DNA of 63,605 nucleotides, the filler included, from Octopus bimaculoides (lineage: Eukaryota), in NCBI RefSeq assembly GCF_001194135.2. It is 8 parts of 7 records of this genome, joined end to end, with 100 filler letters (N's around TTAATTAATTAA, not from the genome) between each part and the next. Parts side by side here need not be neighbours in the genome. Positions count along the whole stretch, not along the records: positions 18,357 to 27,649 come from NC_069007.1; positions 27,750 to 39,110 come from NC_068987.1; 6 more parts are not named here. One strand, 5' to 3'. This document shows positions 23,771 to 37,500 of the stretch, in pieces. Numbering within the stretch: the stretch's first letter is position 1; every line of letters starts with the position of its first letter. The notes below the pieces were generated by a model. The model searched no databases. It was not told the DNA's origin and saw only the letters and a list, made by a program, of their open reading frames with translations. The position numbers and the translations under genes were made by a program.

Positions 23771-24400
23771 TATATATGTGTGTGTGTGTGTGTGAAGATT
23801 TGTATGTTTTGCTTTATGTATATTTTCTCATGCATATCTAGACATGTTCATATATACTTAAATGATAAACTATAGTTCTATAGATTTTTACAGTTCCAGT
23901 GGTGGATTGGATCCGTAGTCTTCAAATTAGCTTTCTCATTTCTGGCTTTGAGAAGCCTAATTTCTCAAGATTATGTATGTATATGTTAGTAGGTGTATAT
24001 AAGTGCATAATTAGCATCTTTTGTGACAATATATTGGATTTGCATGGTGGTGGCCATCTTATAATATTTTCTATCTAATTTAATATGGGAGACAAATTAT
24101 ATGGCATATGTATATATGTATATATGGCATATGTTGATTAATAAACCTTATCGGGCGAGTATCATCTGTTCTGTGTTATCTCTGCAAGCTGTGTCTGAGG
24201 CTAACCAGCTGCTTGACCACAATCATTTCGCATCTCAGAACTCTATCTGTCCATTTATCTGTATGAGGCTTCAGCTTTCAGCCAAACGATTTATTAACGA
24301 TCAAATGCACATTAGCTCACTCCCTCCATCATATCAACAGGCACACAGTGTCAAACTAATCAATGTGTGTGCGTGCGTGCATGTGTGAGTGTGTATGTGG

Positions 24401-24720
24401 AGGCACAATGGCCCAGTGGTTAGGGCAGCAGACACGCGGTCGTAGGATTGCGGTTTCGATTCCCAGACCAGACCAGGCATTGTGAGTGTTTATTGAGCGA
24501 AAACACCTAAAGCTCCACAAGGCTCCGGCAGGGGATGGAGACGACCCCCTGTTGTACTCTTTCGCCACAAATTTCACTCTCTCACTCTTTGTTTCTGTTG
24601 TGCCTGTAATTCAAAGGGTCAGCCTTGTCACACTCTGCGTCACGCTGAATCTCCCCAAGAACTACGTTAAGGGTACACGTGTCTGTGGAGTGCTCAGCCA
24701 CTTGCATGTAATGCTTTACC
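24401..24720 (+). mobile_element. tRNA-derived SINE family C
   Basis: GGCACAATGGCCCAGTGGTTAG...GTTTCGATTCCC head. Head also at about 26340-26410, and the tail occurs on the minus strand at about 40760-40840. Confidence 0.85.
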
Positions 24721-25547
24721 TCTGGATATCTTTGTTGCTTATTTCGATATATATAAATGCAAATATGTATGTATAATCAAACAATAGACTCTCATTCAAA
24801 CCCACACTATATACATTTGCTATTTTAAAATGTCTGTATTTATCTTTTGACAATATTCCGTTCGACCTACTTCACGTCATACCACCCAACCCAAACACCC
24901 ATTTCTAAACATTATTTTCTCTCAATGACACCCCTATGTGGGTACCCTGAGTAAACACTTCAACTATTTCTCACAGATAATGTGAAACATTACTTTTCAA
25001 ATATGCAGCTTCTTACCTGTTTTACGTGGTCGTGGTCGTGGTCGTGGTCGGTATAATTGCTGACATCAATGGTGGTGGTGGTGCCGGTGGCAGTGGCGAT
25101 GACAGCAGCATTGTTGGTGTCCTTGTCATCATTGTCATCATCATCATCATCATCACCACTGTACACATCGCTTCTCATTCCTCGTCAAACCATCCTAGAG
25201 AGGTAACATGGGCTGTCACTTGTGGAGTTCACACCATTCTCAAATGTATGTGTGTGTGTGAAGGCACATGGCTTAGTGGTTAGGGCAATCGGCTCACCAT
25301 TGTAAGGTCATGAGTTTGATTCCCTGTGATGCGTTGTGTCCTTTCCTAGAGTATTTAATATCAATAATACTGTGACAAAATAGCCTTGGCATTACCTTTA
25401 ATTCGTATTTATATACAGCCTCAAATAGACCTACATATGTTTCAACTGCATCAGTCAGTAAGTGTTGCAGTTGCAAGTTTACTATAAAACCATTGCAGTT
25501 TCTTCAAGGTTTTCACTGTCATAACCTTTGAGATTTAACTGGTTAAA

Positions 25548-25811
25548 CAGTTCTATATTTAAGAGATGAGGAATTATTTACATTTACATATGACAGATAT
25601 TTGTCCTCATCTTGTTTGTTGTTAACACAACCTTTCGACTGATATACCCTCCAGCCTTCATCAGGTGTCTTGGGGAAATTTCGAACCTGGGTTCTCATTC
25701 CTTAGGTATTTTTCGATGTTGTTGTTATTATTATTATTATTATCATTATTATTATTATTATTTAGGTCACTGCCTGGAATCAAACTTGGAATCTTGGGAT
25801 TAGTAGCTCGC
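25548..25811 (-). mobile_element. 264-bp solo PLE terminal repeat (truncated tRNA-like head + hammerhead 25624-25669) with 10-bp TSD
   Basis: Reverse-complement homolog of about 6195-6462. ACTGGTTAAA is directly repeated at 25538-25547 and 25812-25821. Confidence 0.88.
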
Positions 25812-25956
25812 ACTGGTTAAAGTTTTATGTTGATTTTCTTTGCATTCAATGAGGTGCAGTTGTACATTAATTTAGATGTGGACTATTTTCGATTCCAAGT
25901 ATTGATTGGACAATCACTTGTTTATTCCTTATATTCTGTTATTTAAATAAATATAC

Positions 25957-25988
<32 letters not shown>

Positions 25989-27546
25989 GTGTGTGTATTT
26001 ACGTATGTGTATGTGTGTATGTATATGTATACATGTGTGGTTCAACCTCAGTCCCAGTCGCCAAAATTGTAGATATTATAATTAACTTCAGGATCAGTTG
26101 AGGGCAATGGCAGTGAGAGCTCTGAGACGAGAGCTGTGGGTGTAATTGAACCGTGTGTGAATAAATTAATAACATTTATAATTGTAAATTAATACATTTA
26201 AAATTAGATTACCACACTTAATTACTTAAGTTATAGCTATACATGGTGGGAAAAATGCGTAGCTGTTAAATGACTAAATGTAACTTCTCTCTGCCTAGCC
26301 TTCTGGGGTATTTGTCTTACTCAGTGCATTTTGGTGAAGACACAATGGCCCAGTGGTTAGGGAAGCAGACTTGTGGTCGTAGGATCACGGTTTCGATACC
26401 CGCCCGGTGTGTTTGATTGCCATACAAGTAATGTTGTTTGTTTCAGTCTTCCATGAAAACCATGGGGAAAGGAAACATTATTACCTTGCTTGGAACCAGG
26501 TGAGGATAGGTGACAGGGAAGGTGCCCAGCTGCAGAAATTCTGCCTCGACAAAAAATCTGTCCAGCCCATGGGAGCTTGTAAGTTATAATGTGATGAATA
26601 TGATGCTGACAACAACGACGATGCTACTGCTGCTGCTGATAATGATAGTGATGATGATGATGATGATGATGGAAAAGTCATCAAAATTACATTATTAAAA
26701 AGGTTGACAATGCTAACGAGGGCAAAAACTGAGTAGATTTCATAAACTGCAAAGCAGGAAACAGATAACAAAACAATTTGTATTGTTTTATTTTGCATCT
26801 CTTCATTTTAACGACCTTTCCATCACAAGACCTTTGAAGGACTTTCCCAGAAAAACCCAGGAAAATGAAAATAAAATTTTGCTGTTAGTCATAGGCAATA
26901 TCTCCTTTCGTTTTTACCCCCAAAATGGCCAATAAACGGCCTTTGAACTCTTCAACATCCTCATTGCTCTGTCAAATGAAATGCTTTCATGGATTATCTC
27001 AGGGTTTTGAATTAAGCATGGATGATGATGACTACAATGACGACGATGATGTCAATAATGATGTTGATGATGACGACGATGACAACGATGACAACAATGA
27101 CAATGCTGACGACCTTGCTCTAAGTCCGTATCTGGTCTGTGGTTTACATCAGGTTGTCTCACAGGAATTCCCACTCGTCCACTCCACCAGAGATCTTTAT
27201 CTTCTCCGATTTCTCACCATATTCCATACCTAGCACTTCCTTGAACTTATATCAACTCCACAGATTATCCAGCTTCTATATCAGATTGTCTCATGTTCCA
27301 CGAAATCACCATTGTTTCGCTTTGTGTCTGCCTCTTATCTCTGCTTCGCTAATTGCCAGTCGATGCTGAGTGTTACATTCTTTAACGAGGAAGGACAAAA
27401 ATTATTTACAACCAGTTGCCTGGTCAATTTCCTGAAAACAATGAAGGTTGTCTCACCAGGAAAAGGGGATTGCACATAAAAGAGGAAATGGGACCAGCAA
27501 CTGTTTAGGAACACAACGTCCTTCCCCTACAAAGAATTTGACACGT

Positions 27547-27584
<38 letters not shown>

Positions 27585-27749
27585 TATTAATAAATTATAG
27601 GGTAGCAAAAAAATTTAAGAAATTTTATTTACCACCAGTGGTCTCACTANNNNNNNNNNNNNNNNNNNNNNNNNNNNNNNNNNNNNNNNNNNNTTAATTA
27701 ATTAANNNNNNNNNNNNNNNNNNNNNNNNNNNNNNNNNNNNNNNNNNNN

Positions 27750-28183
27750 GTGTAACACACGTTCTTGGACTAACTTCTAGTTGTTTTGCAATGTCTCTTC
27801 AAACAGCGAAGCTTCCTTTCTGAGGGTCCAGGTCGGCAGGGACGAAAATCTGTTTAATCTCTTCGTTGGTTTTTGAATTGCACTATAATTCTATTAACAA
27901 TAGCAAGAGAAATTTGAAAATTTTCGGTAATTTTTCGCTGGCTAAGACCTGCCTCGGATTGCCCAACAATACGACCTCTTTGAAAATCTGACAGTTCTGC
28001 TGAATTTTTTGTGCATGGCATGGTTACTCTTCGCAAATGTTTAATATAATGACACCTGGAATGAAAAAGAGTAATCAAATTGTTAATTCTACACCGCTGA
28101 CATCATATTAAAACACTTAGAGCAGACATTTTGAAAATTAAAGGTGTCTATTTACTTTCTACATGTCTGTGTGCGTGTATATA

Positions 28184-28217
<34 letters not shown>

Positions 28218-28803
28218 NNNNNNNNNNAAGAAGCTTTTTGATCCTATTTTCAGTCAGCCATTGTTGATTCCTTTTCGCTCTGTGGCATGGAGCTCCATCT
28301 TTCATGAATAAAATTTCATTTCCCGTTATGCTATCGTGTGAATACATCGGAACTAGTCCTTGCTTAAGTATTTCGATGTATTTGTTAGTTTATGGATCCA
28401 ACACATTATGGTTCCAACCCCACTGCTAGTGACAGCTCCCCGTACCATTACAGAGATACCGCCATGTTTCAAAGTTGGTTGGAGTTGTTTCAAATCAAAT
28501 TCTTGATTGGGAAGCCTCCAGACCCCAAACGCGTCCACTGTCTGAAAATAAAGCAAATCTGGATTCATCTGAGAAAATTACTGCATCGGATTTTTCCGAC
28601 ATCTCCTTAGTCCATTTCTTTCTTTCCGTGATATTAATTGGTTGAGGAGAGGTTTTCTTCTAGCTGCTCGTCCATAATACCCAAGCTTATGCAGATGTGT
28701 AACACACGTTCTTGGACTAACTTCTAGTTGTTTTGCAATGTCTCTTCAAACAGCGAAGCTTCCTTTCTGAGGGTCCAGGTCGGCAGGGACGAAAATCTGT
28801 TTA
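27750..28803 (-). mobile_element. Tc1-family transposon relic (HTH and DDE parts, apparently misordered across gaps)
   Basis: ELSDFQRGRIVGQSEAGLSQRKI (N-terminal HTH), VWRLPNQEF...PTLKHGGISVMVRGAVTSSGVG, FMKDGAPCHRAK..QWL. 27750-27856 is identical to 28697-28803. Confidence 0.85.
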
Positions 28804-29560
28804 NNNNNNNNNNNNNNNNNNNNNNNNNNNNNNNNNNNNNNNNNNNNNNNNNNNNNNNNNNNNNNNNNNNNNNNNNNNNNNNNNNNNNNNNNNNNNNNNN
28901 NNNNNNNNNNNNNNNNNNNNNNNNNNNNNNNNNNNNNNNNNNNNNNNNNNNNNNNNNNNNNNNNNNNNNNNNNNNNNNNNNNNNNNNNNNNNNNNNNNNN
29001 NNNNNNNNNNNNNNNNNNNNNNNNNNNNNNNNNNNNNNNNNNNNNNNNNNNNNNNNNNNNNNNNNNNNNNNNNNNNNNNNNNNNNNNNNNNNNNNNNNNN
29101 NNNNNNNNNNNNNNNNNNNNNNNNNNNNNNNNNNNNNNNNNNNNNNNNNNNNNNNNNNNNNNNNNNNNNNNNNNNNNNNNNNNNNNNNNNNNNNNNNNNN
29201 NNNNNNNNNNNNNNNNNNNNNNNNNNNNNNNNNNNNNNNNNNNNNNNNNNNNNNNNNNNNNNNNNNNNNNNNNNNNNNNNNNNNNNNNNNNNNNNNNNNN
29301 NNNNNNNNNNNNNNNNNNNNNNNNNNNNNNNNNNNNNNNNNNNNNNNNNNNNNNNNNNNNNNNNNNNNNNNNNNNNNNNNNNNNNNNNNNNNNNNNNNNN
29401 NNNNNNNNNNNNNNNNNNNNNNNNNNNNNNNNNNNNNNNNNNNNNNNNNNNNNNNNNNNNNNNNNNNNNNNNNNNNNNNNNNNNNNNNNNNNNNNNNNNN
29501 NNNNNNNNNNNNNNNNNNNNNNNNNNNNNNNNNNNNNNNNNNNNNNNNNNNNNNNNNNNN

Positions 29561-29595
<35 letters not shown>

Positions 29596-29629
29596 ATGCA
29601 TGTATATATATGTGTGTATGTGTGTGTTT

Positions 29630-29830
29630 GTTTGTGTGTCTGTGTTTGTCTCCCCCAATATCGCTTGACAACCGATGTTGCTGTATTTACGTTCCCGTAG
29701 CTTAGCGGTTCGGAAAAAGTGACCGATAAAATAAGTACTAGGCTTACAAATAATACGTCCTGGGGTCGATTTGTTTGACTAAAAGCGGTGCTCCAGCATG
29801 GCCGCAGTCAAATAAGTGAAATAAAATAAA
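29630..29830 (+). mobile_element. SINE family A 3' half (head probably in the gap)
   Basis: GTAGCTTAGCGGTTCGG...GGGGTCGATTTG...GGTGCTCCAGCATGGCCGCAG. Confidence 0.85.
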
Positions 29831-29847
29831 TGAATAAAAGCGAGATG

Positions 29848-29895
29848 GAGTCATATCAGCTGATTTCAGATTTGATTTATCTTCATCAGTGACCC
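29848..29895 (-). ncRNA. Type I hammerhead motif, fully paired
   Basis: GGGUCA CUGAUGA AGAU-AAAUCAA-AUCU GAAA UCAGCUGA UA|UGACUC. 6-bp stem I, 4-bp stem II, 10-nt perfect palindrome AUCAGCUGAU as stem III, AUA triplet. Confidence 0.85.
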
Positions 29896-30817
29896 ATTAT
29901 ACCGTCGGCGAGGGTTAAAGGACCTAACTATCACTGTCAGTCTTATAGAGAACACCATAGGAAACATTGACTGATTTCGAAAATGGTGAGTTGAGAATTA
30001 TGAATCATTAAGTTGGCTATTCGCAATTTACAACCGAAAGGCAGCAAATATAGTCGCCACTAAAGTGACTGAGTATATTAATTATTTTAAGTTTTCCTTC
30101 AAGGAAGGCGCTTGTTTATGTATGTATGCTTATGTGTGTATGTATACATATCGGATTTGTATTGTACAACAGGATGTCTTTTTGCTTAGCTCCAAGATAG
30201 CTGTCATCGAGCTGATTTAGAAGTAAAGATATTATACCTATGACCGCACCATCTTTTTAAGGAGTAATGTAAAATTTCATCATCTAATGTACTCTCTCCG
30301 TTTTAAGATGTTACGCGTAATATAAAGAAGGCGTAGTTACTTGGTTACTACCTGTTGCAGATGAGGCTCATCACTTTGCTTACGCAATGTAACTTAGGTT
30401 CATCATGTAAAATGTTATATGTTACCACTTCATTTCTGGTTTCATTTGACAGCCTATCTGCTTATCCGTGTCAGGAGGTCTTATTAGTAGAGCAAAAAGG
30501 AAAAAGAGGCTTCTCTGGCAGGTGTTAGCTCTCTTCGAACATTTCAAGTAGTGACATTGACGTTCATTTAAGGACATGTTTCGTTTGAGTGAAATATATT
30601 TGGCTGATTGCATTCAGTTTCGTGTATTTATTCAAGGGTTTACCGACATTTCCACACAACACAGTTTAGCTTTGATATTGAATTTACGTACATATATACA
30701 TATGAATATATATATATGTGTTTGTGAGGGTGTACGTATGTATGTATGCACGTTTGTATGTAGTATGTATGTATGTATGTATGTATCTATCTATCTATCT
30801 CTCTCTATATATATACA

Positions 30818-30866
<49 letters not shown>

Positions 30867-31329
30867 GTATGTATATAATACACACATACATATATTTATA
30901 CAACCACCCCGACTCAATATAAATACTGGATGTAGAAGGTCTCTCACTCTTCATTAATCCAAGGCAAGCCTCATATCTCAGAGACCTTGCACTTACAGAG
31001 AAAATATCACGTTCGACACTAAATGAAACTTGATCCCAGAATTAACCACAGAGTACAAACACATGGAGTAATTATCTTCATCTGTGAATACCTAGCAACA
31101 AATGTTCTGCTCTCACACTCCTATACAATATATGATACAGAAATAATGAATGTGATCGACTTCAATTCAATGATAAGTATTACCTATCATCCTCCTGATG
31201 CGATTAATTCGGTAATTATTTCGGGGAAGCTTTGTCACATTTAAGTCGAATCCTAAATGTTAATAACCCATAGGCCAACGTACTTTTAAAAGGAGATTAT
31301 ATTTTCTTAAGTATAGCTGGCCTGATGGC

Positions 31330-32670
31330 TATATCTAACCAGGAACAACACTACTGAACGCGAGATATGTAGAAGCTCTCCTGGGCACCACAAAAACTTT
31401 CCTCATGCAACAAATAAGTACCTGTCCAACTAGAGGAAACAACATAGCTGACCTAACTTTACTGACAATACAAACTTTACTCACAATATTCAGTTCATTC
31501 CAACACTATTTCTGACCACAACATGATAGAACTATCTGTATGTGGTTCCAAGACGGCAAGACGCAGACACAAAAATAATATCAAACATGACTCACTCATT
31601 AGGGACTTAAATTAAGGAATACTAACTGGAAAACAATTGAAACTGAAATCCTTACAGGAAATTGACCTTTGTGTATTGGCAATTTCAATGTTAATGAAAA
31701 AATGAATATTCTGTGTGCAGAGATTATCTTCTCTAATCATGCCTATTTCCACAAGGAATTCAATTCTACAAGACAGACGAACACAAATGCGTAACATAAC
31801 TAAACAAATGAAATATCTAAAAAAACAAAACCAAACAAAAAACCCATCAAACTCTCAACTGACAAGATTGAGGAAGAGAATAACAAAATGAAGGGCATTG
31901 AACTGGATGTTAAAAAATCTTTTGAAGGCCATTGAACTGGATCTTTAAAAGAAATCTTATGAAAAAGAAAGTTTTCTAAAGGAACACCAAGTAGTCTTCC
32001 ACATTGTCAGATAAGCATCAGGAATTCACAATCAAATTAATCCTCTAATGGAAACAAAAGGATAATTATACCAACAATCCATCACAAATATGCGGACTCT
32101 TAAGACAACAATATAACAGCAAGTCCCCCCAACTCAAACTTAATAAAATAGTGAATAGTCCAAACAAATTCTTCAACTTTCAGAATTCAGTTCTAGAGAC
32201 ACATCTAGAAATTAGTGATATCATGGAAGAAGATGTAATTGCTGCTATTAACGGTCTGTATTCAAACTTAGCACCAGGATTAATTGCTCTTTTGTTAAGA
32301 AACTTGTAAATACTGCCTAGCCAAATCATTAAAGATGCTATTCTAAAATTCACTAGGGTACGGGATATTCCCTGAATTGCTATAAGAAAAAAATGACCAC
32401 CAAAAACGACCTATACACAAATAAGGTGACAGCGCTGAAACTGGAAATAAAGACCAATTTTGCTCACGGCTCACACAGCTAAAATTGTAAGACGGATTTT
32501 TCGAAAAAGAATAATCGAATATCTGGAGGAAAACAACCGCTTAGATACGCAGCACGTTTTTGAACCTGACGGAGATACCTGACACAACTGTTGCAGTACT
32601 ATAATACTGTCCTTAATAATTTCCCGAATGGAATGGACACCGATTGCATATACCTTGATTTTGCTAATAC
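31330..32670 (+). mobile_element. Degenerate CR1/L2-group LINE relic (APE endonuclease end through RT motif 3)
   Basis: CPTRGNNIADLTFT, SDHNMI, an RPI.LT.H..K-like segment, TQLLQYY, MDTDCIYLDFA, with many stops and frameshifts. Confidence 0.75.
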
Positions 32671-33251
32671 CGGACCAGCGGATTATACAAGGTTACACTC
32701 AAGGAACATCGGCCGTCTCCAGCTCAATTATATACCAACTTCCAGTCATAAGACTTCGACGAAACTAAAAAAGAGAAAAGGTAATTTAAAATAAAAAAAT
32801 TAAATAAAAGAAAAATAAGGCGGTATTACAGCATGGCCACAGTCCATTGATTGAAACCACTAAAAGAATAAGCGAATACACATACGCGCATACTTACCCA
32901 CATACATACACATATATACATACATGCATATGTACGTATGCATGTACATATCTATGTATGTATACAAGTTTCATGAAACGAAAGAGAATCAATTTAATGC
33001 CTTTTCTTTGGGTCCTTAACGACGATTTAAATTGTCCAGAACTCTCCCTTATTCTGTTTTTGAAAACTCTATAGTGGTATTTTCTTTCTATGTTACATAT
33101 TATAGTCTACAATCTTTCTAAAATCTCTCACGAAGTTAAAACTAAAAAAATTAGCACTATGGAGTGGATATTAGCTAAGAGAATGGTGAAAACACATTTT
33201 GAATGGATTTTATTATTAAGATGAAAGAAGTTGGAAAAACGTCTTTGTTGC

Positions 33252-33645
33252 ATAGGTGCAGTCGTGGCTGTGTGGTAAGAAGTTTGTTTCCCTCCCACAT
33301 CGTTTCGGGTTCAGTCCCACTGTGTGACATTTTGAGCTGAAAAGGCTTGTGAGTGGATTTGTTTAACGAAAACTGAAAGAAGTCTGTCGTATGTGTGTGT
33401 TCTGTGTATGTGTGTGTGTGTGTGTTGTATGCATGTGTGTGTCTTTGAGTATGTGTTTGTCCGCACCATCACCACTTGACAACCGGCGTTAGTGAGTTTA
33501 CGTAAGTTAGCGGTTCGGCAACAGAGACGGATAGAATAAGTACTAGGCTTCAAAAATAAGTCTTGGGGTCGATTTGTTCAACTAAAAAAACTTCAAGGTG
33601 GTGCTCCAGCATGGCCGCAGTCAAATATCTGATACAAGTGAAAAA
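33252..33645 (+). mobile_element. SINE family A, near full length
   Basis: Head, internal (TG)n and tail as at 9118. Confidence 0.88.
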
Positions 33646-33998
33646 AATGTACTCAAAATAAATTGAAAGATCACATTATATTAATTTTTTTTGCTGTGGA
33701 AAAAAGGATAGTGCTCATTGCTTTGTAGGTTCTCTGAGATCTGCCAGATTGTTGGTGGTAATGTCCTGTTTAAACTGTTTGTAAGCCGACATTTCATGGA
33801 AGAATACGAACAAGGAAGCGATTCCAGAGAGTCGATGTACCTGGAGAAGGGACTGGAAAGAGTGGTTTGTGCAATTTTACGGTTTGGTGCAACAATTGGT
33901 TGGATGCAAACAGGGTGACAAGAGAAGGAGATATGTACCTGCACGGAAGACGTACAAGATTAGCCAACTTCGACGAAAAGACGACAGTAGAAAAGGGA

Positions 33999-34047
<49 letters not shown>

Positions 34048-34329
34048 GGAGAGGGAGAAGTTAGCGCTAGCGCACGTCCGTGAGACACAGGCGCGAGTAA
34101 TTTAAAGCTAATCAATCAATTGGTCCTTCTCTGTTCTCTGGATTCGTTTATGTGTGCATATCAGTAGCACCATTCCAGATGTAAAACGTAATGCTTCACT
34201 AGAGCTGTCAGCAATTGTTAGGGTATGAAATATTTTCTGAACTTGAAAAGAAGAGTAAATTATTGGGAGACACTCTTAAAGATGAACATTTTCCCAAATA
34301 TTTCTAATATTTCTTTAGTGCTTGTAAGT

Positions 34330-34520
34330 CGGGCATAATGCTTAGCGGCATTTCGTCCGTCTTTACGTTCTGAGTTCAAATCCCACTGAGGTTGACTCTA
34401 GCTTTCATTCTTTAGGAGTCGATAAAATAAGTATCGGTTGATCACTGGGGTCAATATAATCTACTCATCCCAACCACCCAGAAATTGCTGGCCTTTTGCC
34501 AAAATTATAAACCAATATTT
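34330..34520 (+). mobile_element. tRNA-derived SINE family B (Nin-domain-like core)
   Basis: TTCTGAGTTCAAAT...GCTTTCATTCTTTAGGAGTCGATAAAATAAGTA...GGGGTCAAT. Further copies at about 35140-35260, 36435-36600 and 37750-37910 (+) and 37130-37310 and 59290-59420 (-). Confidence 0.8.
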
Positions 34521-37500
34521 CTTTAGTAGTTATCTTATAAACTTCTATGTTGTTAAGGCATGTTGTCCACTTTAAGTGGAATATGTTTTAAAAACGCCTT
34601 GAGAAAAAATGTTTTTCTCGAGTGCTATACTTTCTAAATGTAGTATTTAGAACGAATATGTCTTTGTTTTAAGGATTTGAGTATTGGCAGGTGTATCTGT
34701 GCACTTTATGTTGCAATTAATCATCTCATCATCTCTATGTCTGTTAATTTTTCTAGAATGCTATATACTGTCCTCTAGATTAATCTATCTGCTTTGCAGC
34801 GTAGAAAATCTATAATATACTTCAATTTACTCTTCCAGTTTTCTATTGAGTGTCGATATTTTCTGTCGTTTATAATGATACGTTGTTTATTTAATCCCCC
34901 GCAGTCTACTATTGAGAGTAATGAAGCATATAGAAATGTTTCACTTGGTAATAAAATTGGATATTCTAATGATGTAATTTATCATCTCAGTGTTTATATT
35001 GTTGACAGTGTCCCCTAATCTATGCTGATCATCAAGAAAAGGTTTCCTAAACGTAACCTACAATATATCGCAGTCGCCCCAATCTGTTGTTGATATATGT
35101 ATCATCAATTTCTCAGGACGTTGTAACAACCCTGGACTGACAGGATCGTTAGAATGTCGGATAAAATAGCTTGCAGTATTTATGCCGGCTTTTAAAGTTA
35201 TGAGTTCAAATCACGCTGACGTCAAATTTGCCTACACTCAATCATTGTCGATAAAACGATAAGAAAAACACGTCTTTTAGGTGTTTGTTTGCTATGGTTT
35301 AAGGAGGCTCTTGGGTTCCAATGGTTTCACTGTATTTTTGTTTATTAGGAACAATCTCCTATTCTTGAATTGCAAACGCATAGCCTTCAAAAAGTGATAT
35401 GATGTGGCAGTCACGAGTCCAAGGGAGTTTATGTCGATATTAGTGTCATTTTCAAGTCAGTTATGATGATTTTGAAACACCATGGGCATAGCCCTTTCCT
35501 CTAGACCCAATAAATAAAAATACAAAATAATTGGGATATTATCAAGACGCCGAAGAAAATACAAAATAATTCAAACGAAAATTATAAAATGTAAGTTTGA
35601 TTTAACTTGATATTGAACATTAGAAACAACATCTGAAACAGAGGAGAAACAGATCCACCGACAAGACCAACCAACCACGTGTCACTTGCCAGGTGATCGT
35701 GTCACCGATTACATTACAGTGCTAGCTCTAAGTAACTGATGAATTATCTTATGAAGATAAACTTGTTCAGTTAAAACAGCAGAAACAATTTATACTTAAT
35801 TGAATAAACTTGAATGTTTGTTTTGTAGTGTAATTGGTAACTCAATCACTCAGCAATCGATAAATATGTGCTCCGTGTGTTGTTGATGGTTTTGGGCATT
35901 TTTTTCTGCTTAAACTGGTTTTTATCATGTGTAAATAGAATTTAGATTAAAATCTTAGCTCTCAATTTATATGAATTTAATTTATTTGAAATATGCTGTA
36001 TTCACTACGAACAAGGAATAATATGAAAATTTACAAAACGATAAAGATGTAATATATCTTACGTGGGGGAAAGAGCTTTTGGGCTTTAGTTAAGAGGATT
36101 AACACGAAGAAAGGAAGTAAACGAGTTAGTCTTGCAAATATTTGTTTGATCATGTGATTTGACAATAGAAATATATTGTCCTAATCTTAAGAGAATGTAT
36201 ACATGTTCGAAGTTGTGGGTCACAGTTTTGCACTGAGATCGCTGAAATTTTGCATAGAGGCATATCTGTTTTAGGAAAAAGGTTTAAGTTATGTGACTTT
36301 TCGTGATACTTTCTATAAATATATCCAAGACTTGGAACTTTCACTAATATATTACATTGAGTTTTCTCATGACAACAAGGATCTGTATCTGGAAAGTCCC
36401 TCATCTTCTGCTTCTAGTAGATTTCATTATCATAAGAGCGGTTGGTTAGGTTGAAGAATCCTTAGACGACCAGGCAAAATACTTGTTCTGACCCTACATT
36501 CCGAGTTCAAATCTTGCCGAGATGTACTAGTCCAAATCTGGAATCGATGACACCGACTGACATCCCAGTTTTCAAGCCTTGCGTTTATGCTTGAAATCAT
36601 TATTTCTGAGGTTATTGATATCGATTAATCCCTAATCTAAAAACTACTGGTCTTGTACATATTTCATAAACCACTATCTAAGGCGACCAGCTATCAGAAC
36701 ATATAGAGCATCGGAAAAGCCGTTTTACAGAACTTGTTTCAGGTTTTTATGTTGAAACCGGGACGATATTTCGCTTTTTCACGGAAGACCAACTGCTGTG
36801 CATGCAAATAAGTCTCCCCTCTCTGTACCACCTATGTTGTTAAACAGAAAGACAAATGTCGAGAGAAATTGGTTACAGTATGGCTCCGGGCGTTGTTAGA
36901 ACTGAAAGAACGGAACCAGATGTCAGAATGTATCATCTCCATCTAGTAACTTTGCTAAACCATAGCTCTGGACTTGTACTTAATAAAGAGCCAAACAATG
37001 AAAGGCAAATTGACTTTGGTAGGTTTGAACGCAGAAAGTAAAATACTGGGACAAATCCCACAAAGTTGTCTATCCAACGATTTAACGTCTCTGATAATTC
37101 CATGTCTTTCTTAGTATTGTTTAAAATTCTAGCACAAGTCGAACAGTATTGTTTTTGAAGAGGAGGGCGAGGTTAGTCAATACCACCGAGGCAATAGTCG
37201 ACTGGTACTCTATTTCATCTACCTTGGCTGAATTAAAAGTAACGTTGACTGCGGCGGGATTTGAACTCAGAAAGTAATGAGCTGCAAGACATTTAGTTCA
37301 ATGTTTTATCGATTCCTAATTTACAACGTATTGAATTTTAACTAATTTTTGTTTTATTAATATTAAACTTTCTCTAAGATATGAATATAAAATTTCTTAC
37401 TTAACCTCAAGTTTAAAAGATCTCGCTTGATTTTTTAAACTTTTATTGTTTCAGGCAAAACAATATGGTATATTAACAGTAAATTAGCAAACCTAGCCAT

